Source of the DNA: a virus
Lineage: Duplodnaviria > Caudoviricetes
Direction: 5' to 3' (one strand)
DNA: 64,000 nucleotides
Virus record (IMG/VR): IMGVR_UViG_3300011336_000243
Span: 1 to 64,000 of that record
In this document: positions 25,099 to 37,000 of the stretch, one piece after another
Position numbering within the stretch: position 1 is the stretch's first letter
Layout: each line of letters opens with the position of its first letter
Translations under genes and position numbers: made by a program
Notes under the pieces: generated by a model
Databases searched by the model: none
Told to the model about the DNA's origin: nothing
The model's input: only the letters and a program-made list of their open reading frames with translations

Positions 25099-28000
25099 TT
25101 ATCTTTTTATATCTTCAAGGCTTCTATTAAACATAAAGTCAAACTTGTTTAAGTTATTCACAATAGGAACTACTTTACTCCATTTCAACAATAAATCATG
25201 ATATAAGTCTGGATCTTCTTCATAAGTTAGTTTAGCTGTAGCTTTAGTTGCTTTCCAAGCATCTTGTACTAAAGAAGCAGCAGGAATAAGACTACCTGTA
25301 AACTGACTAAACGTACCATAATCTGAATACATACTTACGTCTTGGTAGTTTCTATACAAGATATTAGTCATCATAGAAACAAATTTCTTTTCAGCTTCAT
25401 CGTCATCATCTAATCCTTTTAACATCATTCTGATTAACTGAGTAAGTGCATACAATCCTATACCATAAGATAGTTCTGCCATATTTCTACGTAAGTTCTC
25501 TATCTCAAAGTCACGTATAGGCATCTTCTTTAATATCTTTTCTCCTTTAGCATTAGTAGTCCACTGGTCAGTCATTAAACCTTCATAAGGATCTATGCTT
25601 TTGTTTATTACGCTAAGCATTTGCTTACCTACAACTTTAAAACTACTAGAACCTAAGTCTATATAAGTACGATAACGTCCTTTAGTTTTTCTACCTAGTA
25701 CAACATCTTCTTCTTGAGACTCTCCTCCCCATCTAGCATTAATACCATCATATAACCAAGAATTTCTAAACTGTCCAATTAATCTACCTAAGATTTCTTT
25801 ACGTCCATACTGAGGAGAGTTTTTATCTTGGTTACCAAAAACAATTATAGAAGTGTGACGTACTTTAGTTTTAAACTTATTCCAGTCTGTCTGAAGAGTC
25901 TTGTCTTTAGAATACCAGTTTTCTGCTTTTCCATTAGCTTCTTCATCCCATTTAGCATCTTGTCCCAAAGCTTCAAATAAGTTTGTAGCTACTCCATTTA
26001 CTTCTACTTTAGTATTTAAGGCCATAGCTAATGCCATAGCACCTTTAGATAAGAAGTCACCATTCTTTTGCCATGCCATTGGATCAAATGTCTTCTTTAG
26101 ATTACTACGTTCAAGTTCTGTAAGATTAGATTTACCAGCTTGTGTTTCTAAAAACTGATCTATTAAACCTATTCTGTCTAAGAAGTTTTTAATCTTTTGT
26201 GCTTGGTCCGAACCTTTAGCTCCTCTAATAGACCCTAAAGTTTTTACTATGTTTCCTCGCATCATTTTTAAAGCAGTTCCATACTGTTTAGAACTAAATT
26301 CTCCATTAGTAAAACCATCTTTATCAGCTCTAAAGCCCATAGAGTAGATATGTACTGCCATTAAACCATAAGTTAAGTTTGCGAATGCAGAGAAAGGACT
26401 AAAAGCTAATGCACGTAGTTGATTAATGCCCATAAGAGTATCACCTGCCTTAGATACAGCAAAATAACGCTTCTTATCCTCCATAGCTTCAAACTCTTTG
26501 TTTACTTGTGCTAACTCTTTTTCTAGTAATGCAATCTCTTCTTTTTGAAGTTCTACGTCTAGTGTTTTTAGTTTTTCTACAATCTCTTCTTTTTTATCAC
26601 GTAGTGCTTCATATCTTCTTGTATCTGACTCCCACTTTAAAGGGTTCATAGTGAATATAGGTTTCTTAGAAACACCTTGTACATTAATCGCTTTCTTACG
26701 AACTAGTGCATCATTATAATAATCTACGGCATCCATTAAGTTAGTCAACTCTGGTTTTTCTTTATTATCAGAGTTCTTTCTTTTTTGAGACTCTTTATTA
26801 ATCAAAGTCTTCATCGTAGTATATTGAGCTTCCATTGGCGCCATGTAGTGAAAGTGTATAGCCATGTTACCAAACATCTCAAACATCTTGAATAGATCAC
26901 GTGAAGCAGTACTTTTATTTCCTTTAGTATACATCAAAGGAATAGAACCATTTCCTACTCTGTTTACTTGTTCTTCTGTAACACTGAAAGCATGGAATAT
27001 TTTCTTTCCTACATTAGTGTTTTGCATCCTAGTAAGAAGTCCATAGTTTTCTTCTACATCTGCTGCATTAGTAATAGGCAAGAAGTTTTCATGTAGTTGA
27101 TTTTGTACGTTAGGAGGTAAATAACTTCTAAACTCTTTAGACATATTTTTAAACGTCTCATAGATTTTAGATAATCTTTTATCTCCCATAATAACATTAT
27201 ACTTAGGGTCTATGTTACTACTACTAGCCTTAGGAATAAAAGCAGGTGCGTAGTATCCAGTGTGACGTAAGTTAGGATGTTCCTCTGGTTTAGCTTGTGT
27301 ATCTGTAAAAAAGAATGGACTACGTTCTTGCTGATACCTAGTAAACTCTTGAGCAGCTTTATCTTTTAACGCTTCTTCTCTTCTAGTTTCAATAACAGCA
27401 TCTAGTTCAGCTTTGTACTCTGCAGTTCCCACAGCATACGTAGAAGTAAAACTTTTTGTAATTGCTAGAACTAATTCTGCATCTTCACCAGGTGTAAGTT
27501 TTACGTTGTCTAAGATATGATTTTTACGTACATTCTTAGAGTCATTAAACCTTTGAATAGTAGCTTGTGTACTACGTATAGCGTCGTCTACTATTTCTTT
27601 ACTACCACAGAAATCTACTAAAGCTTTATACTCTGCAGAATCCTCTCCTAGTTTTCTAGTTCCATCATAGTTAAAGAATAAGTTAGGATCTATAATCATC
27701 TGGTCTTTTTTAGTTTCCCAGAATCTATCCCAAGCTTTCTTTACTTCAGCAGGAGCGTTACTATTTCTCTTAGCATTCCAAAGAGTATCTATATGTTTGC
27801 CAAGTATTTTAGAGTTGTTAGTATACCATTGTGAGTTTAGTCTTTGCGTAAGTCCAAACATATTAGGGTCCGATGGGTCACTTTGAATAAACAAGTCCAT
27901 TACTTCTTGTTGTGACTTTCCTGTAGCCTGTTGATATTCTTTCATCAAAGCTTTCAAATCTACTAAAGCGTCTCTATGTTCTAGTTGAGACTCTTGAGCC

Positions 28001-31000
28001 ATATCAGCAGCCATCTTTACTTGGATAGCATAAGACTGTATTGCTCTGTTTAGATCTTTAGCTAATGTTAGTCCCCATTTGGTAAGAAGATTAGGGTTTT
28101 GTAAGTCATCTGTAAAGTCTTTAGTCTCTACGGTAAATCCTGCTTTAGCACTTACTTTAATTAAAGTGTGACCTGCATACTCTTGCATTTGAGGAATAAG
28201 TCCGTCTAATTGTTTACGTACATCTCCCATTTGATTATAAACTGTAGGGATTAACTTAGGAGAGTCTGGTGTGTATATATCAGTAATACCTTCCCAAAGT
28301 TTAAGAAGCGTACTAATCATACTACACTCTTCATGGGTCATTGCCTTACGATTAAGTAAAGTTCTGGCCCAGTCTAGTTGTTTAGCAGCAATGTCGTTTA
28401 AAAGTAACAAGTCTTTTTCTCTGATTACGTTTGACAAGTCTTCAGAGATTTCATCGTATATCTTTTCAGCTATACCTCTACGTTCAAACTCTTCAGGAGT
28501 ATATGCGTTGATAGCAATTACTGTGTTGACTTGATCTAACTGTAGTTCCATCCTTTCACGTAGTATCTCTAACTGTCTAGCATCCGCTAAAGACTTGCTA
28601 GGAGTTACTGGTGCTATAGAATAGTGAGTACCTAAATCTACTACGTCATTTTCTATTCCATAGACTTTCTCTACAACAGCAGACTGCTCTATGGCATTAT
28701 ACTCAGAAGCAAAGATGTTATCCCCTAGTTCAAACTTACCATCTGCATTACGAGTTAACTCTAATTTGTCTGTACGTTTAACTATATCATAAGCTAAGGC
28801 ATAAGCTTCTTTTAGTATAGACTTGTCATTAACTGTTACTCCTATACTTTCTAACATAGAAGTAAGGAAATCTAAGATGTTGTCAATAAGATTTTGATAC
28901 CATGCTTTATCTCCTTCTACTGTGTTTAAAAACTTAATTACACTGCCTTCAGTTAATACTCCAGGGATAAACTCTGTTACACTAGATAAAGCATACATGA
29001 TTTGAAACTCTTCATTAGTAGGTCTCATTTCTTTTTCTACTTCACGTAAACGAGCATCTCTATCAGGAGTACTCTCTTCTTTCATTATCGCTATTAGTCT
29101 GTCAGCTATAGCTCTACGTTCTTCACTAAGACCATTTCTAAAAGCACTTAATGCTTGGTAACGTAGTTTATCTAAACGTGCTGCCTTCTTAAACAAGACT
29201 TGATTGTTCTTAATTACTGTAGTATACCCTGGTTTGTTACCAAAGCCTAGTAATGATAAAACTGCTGAGCTATTAACGTGAGTAAGTTCATGAAGAAGTT
29301 TACCAGACATCTTAGCTATAGAAGACTGTCCTCTATTTGTTCCTAAAGTTATTTTGTTATTTCTAATAGAGTAAAGATTAGCGTTACCATTGTTAACTTC
29401 TAAAGACAATTGACCATAAGTATCTCCTAGTAAAGAAGCAAGTTGGTCTTCTCCACGTAAGTCCATCAAACTCATCTGATCCGCTAATACGCGTAAGTGC
29501 CCAGGTAATTCTACGTTTACACTCATTAAGTCTAAAGCATATTGAATCTCTGTAGTTCCAACTGTAGTCCCTTCTAAGTTTTTTAAGTAGTTACCGTTTC
29601 TATCATGTAACTCTTTTACTTCTCTGTTTAATCTTGCTTTTTCTTCATTAGTAGCAGTACCTGTTTGTTGCATTGAAGTATAAGCTCTGTTCTTAGGGAA
29701 GACAGACCTCATGTGAGAAGTATTTAAGTCGTACTCTGTTAAAGCGCCTTTACCTAAAGTATCTATACGTTGATACGTAAGTCCACCTACGTTAGCATAC
29801 AAAGCAACACCACTAGGAAACTCTACGTGAAAGTAACTAACAGCACCATCATCTGTTTCTAATGGTTCTATTACTTTTCTATTACTATTATTTAAGTTAA
29901 AGACTTCTGGAATACTAAGACCATCATTTATCTTATAAGAAGAGATGTCTCTGTAGTTCATTTTAACTGCATCAGTAGGGTTATGCTGAAAGTACTGTCT
30001 TGTAATATTTCCTACTTTAGCTTCCATGTCTCTTAACTCTTGTGAGAACTCTTTACTAAGTAATAGAGCTGCAGGAACTTTAGAGATAAAACTATTGGGT
30101 CCATTATTAGGAGAAAGAAGTAAAGCGTAAGTAGCTATATCTTTTGCTAGTTGAGCAGTCTTCTTGTCTGTACTATTAAACATACTCATAAAAGCATTGA
30201 TGTTAGCTTCTGTGTCCATCAAGACAGCTTTCCCATTTTCGTAACTAATAGTACTAGGTTCTGCAATAGACTTGCTTCCTTGTACTTTAATTCTTTCTAC
30301 AAAGTAGTTACCAGGGTTTTCTTTTCTCCACTCAAATACTCTTTGTGCTAATGAAGTTTCTGTAGCTGTTCCATAAAGTAGTCTTATTCTTTCTGCATAC
30401 TTATCTACTCCTAAAGAAAGAGGAGAAGAAAGTACAGCAGCTTTATACGCTCTTTGTAACTTCAATGCTTTTTCATTAGACAAAGAAGTTAAACTAGTTT
30501 TCATTTGGATAGCTATTTTACTGTTAACTTCTTGCATAGATCTCATAGGCATTAAGTCTGATTGTAAGTCTGTAGCTAATCCTATAGTTAAATTAAATAA
30601 AGTACTCTTTTCTATGTTGTCTGCTAAAAGAGTATGACCTCCTATAAAAGATCTACCTCCATTTAGTTCAAAAAGATTTGTTTTATTTTCTGCTTGACTC
30701 TGTGCGTAGATAAAGTTTTTACCTGCACCATTAGTATCTTGGTTTATTGTTTTTTGTAGTTTACCTAAGTCTTGTCCTTTCTCGTAAGCATATCTAAAAG
30801 CCTTAAAAGCTTGTAACTCTAAAGCTTTTTGTTCTGGAGTAAGTTCTTTAGTTTTTACTAAATCTTCAAGACTTTTAGAAGTAATAGGTATCATAGTTTC
30901 TTCTACTTTTTTGTAAGAAGCTTCTATCTCGTCAAAAATCTTTTCTGCATTTTTAGGGAACTCACTAATACTATCTTTAGCATTACTCATCATCTTAGCA

Positions 31001-34000
31001 AACTTCTTTATTGGAGCTTGTAACATTAAAGCTATTACAAAGTCTACACCTAAAGCTTCTCCTTTACTGTTTCCTAGTTGATGAAGAAATTGTATGGCAG
31101 GATACGTAGCTAAGTTAATATTTAAGTAGTCTAATAATCTGTCTTTTGCATTATCTACGGCAGCTGATTGATAAACAGTATGGTTTTCATGTTTAGACCT
31201 TCTGTTAGTAACCATCTCACCTGTCTTTTTATCTTTGTACGTGTACTCAGAATACCCTTCACCAGAAAGTCTATTAAAACTCATTCCATTAAGTACTATA
31301 ACTTCAGGGACTTCATCACCTTTATCATAAGAACCTAATTTTACATTTGCTCCTTGTAAGTCTGAGTTGAAAGTTACAGCTAATGAAGTACTACCTACTA
31401 AAGTCTTTGCATCTTTTCCTGAATCAAACTGTGACATTTGTGTAAAACCACTCCAGTACCAATCTTCATTAGAATCATTAGGAAACTTTTCATTCATCAA
31501 AGTCAAGTCATTTAAGTCTAATGCTTTTGTTACTTTCTCTGCAGAAACTACAGGATCAGTTAAGATAGCCCAGTGTAAAGCTACATATTGATTTACTATA
31601 AAATCTTCAGTTTCTTCCTCTGCCATTCTTAAACCACTTAAATCCTCATTTATAGTAAGTCTGTTATCTAAAGGTTTAAAAGAGTTAATCTTTTCTGTAG
31701 ACTTTACGTTGTAAGGAAACTTGTAGGTATAGATTTTATCTACGTCAAAGTCAGAACCCATCTGTCCTGTAATCATGTCTGGAACAAACATAACGTCTCC
31801 CATCCAGTCAGGAACAAAACCTACTATTTCCATAGCAAGCATAGAGTTATGACCTTGGTTTGGAATACGAGCACCTACTAAACGTAGTAATTCCTGAGGA
31901 ACTCTTTCCAAATCTAACATAGTTCGACCGTTCTCATCTACTTTCACGTAGTCCTTCACTGACTGTAGTTTACCGTTTACGTGGAAGTTAAATGGCGCCA
32001 ACACTTGTGCAGGTTTAACTACACCATCTTCTATTCTTTGATGCTTAAGTGGTTCAGTCCCATCGTAGCCTTCTACAAAAACTATCTCCGCTTTTTGTTC
32101 AGCAGTCAACTCATTAAACTGTTTTACGTCTTGGAAGTAACCTGTACTAGATGCCTGTACGTAACTCTTACCTGGTATTTTAGTAGTAGTCACTTTTTTA
32201 ATCATTGACATAATCAAAGACTCAAACTTTTCTTGCGCATTGTGCAGTAAGAAAGGCACTACAAATTCTTGAGAGTCTACTGTGTTTCCATCAGGTAAGA
32301 CTTTAGTGTCTACAAATAACTTTAGTGCTACTAAATCATTACTTGTATATCCACGTGACTTAGCTTCTTCTTCTAGTTTAGCTACAAGTAAAGCTTTGTC
32401 TAAGTCTCGACTTTCTTCATTAATACCTAAAGCTTTTAAGACTTTAGGATATTCTTTTTGAGCCATTGCAGCTCTTAGTTTTTCTTTATAACGACGAAGT
32501 TCTTTACCTTTTACAGTAGTTCCATCTATTTGAAAGTCTAAAGAGTTAATACCTTCTACTATTAACTTATTCATCTGAGACACAATCTTTACTTCTTCTT
32601 TTGCTTCATCATAAGGGATGTCTTGTTGAATTTTAAAGTTTGCTCTGTCTACTTGCTGTATAGCTGGTAATAAGTTTTCACTAGTCAATTGTGTAAAGTT
32701 TGCTAGTTTAGTAGGCTTACCCATTTTAACAGCAGACTCAAACGTAATACGTTGTACTCCTCCATTAATTGTTACTCCATCTACTGTTCTTCCTTCAGCT
32801 AATTTACGTAGGTTATCCATGTGTTTACTACGTACTGTGAACTGTGGTAATAAAGGATAAGCAGAAGACTTGATATAATCTAAGTATCTAATGTTTCCAT
32901 TGTTTACACTTCTCCATCCTGCTACTACTGGTTTCATAGCCTGCATAGGTTGTAACATCTGCTTTAGTTGGTCGTCTGTAAACTTATAAAAACCATCTTT
33001 GTCTGCATTGTCTACGACACCTTTTAACTCATCAAATAAGTTACTATCTATAAGACCGTAAGCTTTCATTACAGTAAGATGCTCCATCACAGTAGTAAAC
33101 TCTTGAGCATCTGTTCCATTAAAAGAAGTGATACCTCTTAACTCTTTCATGTAATCTTGCTTAAAAGTTTTTCCATCTTTTACGTCAGAGAAAACTAACT
33201 GGTTGTATTGAGTATCTTCAAACTGTCCTTTAGAACCAGGTGCAATGTCTTTAGCGGTACGTTTAGAGTACTCTTTCATTGTAGAAACTACATCTTTCTT
33301 AAAAGCTAATGCAGGATCTCCAAAGAATAACATAGACATATTCATACTGTGTACAGCGTAGTTAGCAGAGAATTCCATAACTACTTGTTCTAAAACTCTT
33401 CTTTTGTTTCCAGCAGTATCTTCTGGGTTATACCCTTCTCTTGATGCTATATCTTTACTAATACGTTTAATGACTTTTTGATCTACGTTGTTTAGTCCTA
33501 TACCTAAATCTTCTACATTAGCTAAGTCTTTAGCTATTTGCTTTTTAAGATGCTCTGTAATATAAGTAGTACCGTAATCTTTTAAAAACTGTCTTAACTG
33601 TTCTTCACTTAACTTTTTAATAGTGCCGTCTTCGTTCCATAAGACTTTACCCATATCAGCATTGCCAGACTTTCCACCTATTTCAGATTTGTTGAATGGT
33701 AAGAAGTAAAAGTATTTACCACCTTCCTTAAACTGAGCGTCAGTATGTAGATTGTTTTCAGTCATTCTTTGATGCTCAAGTACTCTACTGTACTCAGCCA
33801 TAAATTTCTCTTCTAGTCCTTGTATACACTTGCTAATTTCGTAACGTGGTAATCCTTGAAAAATAGGAGTTTCTGTTTTATCTGAGTGAGACAAAGACAT
33901 CAAAGAGATGGTATCAGGTTGTTGATAGAATAGACCTAGAGCTGTTTGTATTTGTTCACGTAGAGACATATATTGTCTTACTACTCCTTTGTCTGTTTCA

Positions 34001-37000
34001 TTATGATTTAGCCCACTTAAAGATGATAGTGCGAATTTGTTTCTGTTCTTAGGTACGCTAAAATAAGATAAAAAGTTTTTACACCCATTACGTGCAAGTA
34101 ATGACTTCTTAGAGTTTTCTGCAAACTTCTGCCAGTTATTCTGCATTAACTGTACTTGGTCAGATAAAGAAGTGTTTAACTGATTAAGTGATATAGTCTT
34201 TCCTTCTGTACTTCTGTACGTAGAAGTGTTCATGATTGGAGTATGCATCATAGTCAACTTAGCCAACATCTTCATTGTAGTTGGTTCTGTTAATAAAGGA
34301 TTGTTTAGCATCACTTTATTCATTCCTTCATCACTTAACTCTTGGTCTTCTTTAAAGATACCTTCACCTGCAGCTTTAGCAAAGAAGAAAGAGAATGGTC
34401 CACCTGGTGTACTTAATGCGTTCATTCCAAAACATCCTTTCCATGAAGTCTTCATGTAATTCTTTATATTGTCTTCACCATTAAAACTTCTAGTCATAGT
34501 TTCTATAGCACCATCAGGTAAGTCTATACCGTACTCAGCAAACATCTTTTGTAGAATACCTCCTACTATCTTACGCTTTTGACTAAAGTCTATTGTACCT
34601 GGAGTACTAAAACCTTGTTCGTCTACTACAGGTTTAGTAGGAAATTCGTCTTCTATTAACTGTTCTAAAGTACCTTTAAAGTACTTACGAATACCACTGT
34701 TTTCAAACTCATCTTGAATAGCAGCTTTAGCTTCTGCAACTCTTTGACTTTCTGTTTCATTATAAGAAGTTAAAGCAGTTTGTTTATTACCGCCTAGTTT
34801 AGCAAAGTTTGCAGGTTTAAAACGTAGTGTCTCAAGTTTGTTGAAGAACTTAATGATGTTCCAGTGCTTTCTAGATTCTTCTATGTCTATAACAGCTTTG
34901 TTGTTTACTACCTTTACTATAGGACTAAGAGCAAACTCTTCTCTCCATTTGTCAACTAAGTCAGTCTCATTTCCACTACGTGCTAAGTCCCTAACTTTTA
35001 CATCAAGTATTTTACCACCTTCATCTCCTCCAGTTTCTATTAGTTTAGTTCTAACTTCTAGACCCTTTTTGTTCTGTTGGTACATAGCCTTCATGAACTG
35101 ATGTTTAATGATAAGTGGAGTCTTATCACTCATTAGTTGATGTCCTACTTTCCAAGTAGATGGGCCACCCATAGTCTTTAATAAAGTCGCTGCTTTTTCT
35201 ACAGTTAGTTCAGGTTGCCCTGCTAAGACTAAAGCACATTTACTAAAGATTTCATCAAAGTTTGTCGCGTAGTAAACCGACATGCCTATAGAGTTCTTCT
35301 TTATATTAGTAGGTTTCTTAGGATTGATAATAGAGTTACCGTTCTCATCTACCATAAAGTTAAAACTTTCTTCTTCTGTAAACGTAGATAGCCACATTTT
35401 TACACGAACTGAAGTAGTGCCTCTTTGATCTTTGGTTACGTTGTCATAGTTTTCTCTATAGACTTGTCCTTCATTCAAAGCTTCTACTTCACTCTCTTCA
35501 CTTTCTATATCGTCGTCAGGTGTAGTCACTGCATCTTTTTCTGTAATCTCATCTAACTTTAACTTAGCGTCATCATTTAATAAGTCTGGAGAATTTGCTG
35601 GTAAGTCTTTTAACTTATAAAACAAGTTCTGTAACTTCATAGAATTCTCTGCACTGATTACGTAACCTAGTGCTTCCATGTTATTTAGAACTAACTGTAA
35701 TATACTTTTACGTTGGTCTACTCCTTTTTGGATAGTTACTTTTCCATCTTTACCTGTAACTTTACTTCCAGCTGGAAAACTAAAACTTCTAATGGCTGCT
35801 TCTAACTTATCTGCTTCTTCATTCTTACCATCTTTTCTAAATAGATTAACTTGTATCTTTAAAGAGTTTAGTGCACTACGTAAAGCAAGTTGAATAGGAG
35901 GAGTCTTAGCTGTTGACTGAGTTAACACTTTATACGTAGAGTATAGAGCCATGCCTGCTATTTCTAATTGGAAGTCTTGGCCAAACTCAGACAAGTATCC
36001 TATAGTTTTGTTGTTAGCATCTACTAAAGGTACTTCTGTTTTCATTCTTTGTTCCTTTACAGCTTCTGGATCTAACTTCAGATTACCTAGTCCCACTGTA
36101 TCAGGATTTACTGAACTACGTAGAACCTCAGGACTATTGTTCATGTATGCCTCTACGTCTTTACTGAACTTTAAGTTAGTAGGAAAGGTGTCTTTCATCT
36201 CTGCCTTAATCTCTGCAACCATAGTCACATACTCTTGAGCAGTCATACCGTTAGTGTCTCTACGTAAAGCTTCTTTACTTAGTGGGTTCTTAAGAGGAAG
36301 AAGAATAGTGTCTGTAGTGTTTAAAGCAGGAAGTATCCAGTTATCTTTAATCCACTGACGCATTTCATTTACGTCGTCTACTGTTACTTCGTAGTATTTA
36401 CGTGCTTGCTTGAATGGACGTGTAGGTAATGCTGGAGCTGGTATTACTTTAGTTTCTTCTGTAGTGGGAGTAGTTTGTAAGGGTGCTTTAGGGATTTTCA
36501 CAAAATCAATTACTACAGAGAAGCTGTTTCTTACATCATCTAGTTTAGTTTGTATATCAGCTTTTAAACTTTCTGAAATGTCTGCACTTAAATCGTACTC
36601 ATAATTCCCTACTACTTCCGTGTACAACTCAACAGTAGGCTCATTAAACAATTCTTGTGCTTTAGGTTCAAACTCTGTAAGAATAGTGGTAAACGGTACT
36701 AGGTTTCTTTTTATACTAACCACTTTAGTTGCGTAGTTTTGATTGAAGTACTCAAGTTCTTTTCCTTGTAACCCTGTGTATTGGAATGTAGCGTACTCTG
36801 AGTCTCTAGTAGCTAACCCTAAATCTACTAGTTTTAACCAGACTTTAGCTGCTTCTGGTTTAAACCCATCACTGTTGACTAGAAATTTTCCCCTTTGTTT
36901 AGCTTGTTCTCCTTTTAATATATACAAAGCTACTCCTAGTCCTTTATTTCTATACTCTTTTGGAAGTTGAATATGCTCAGGCTCTACTGTGTTTTTACCT

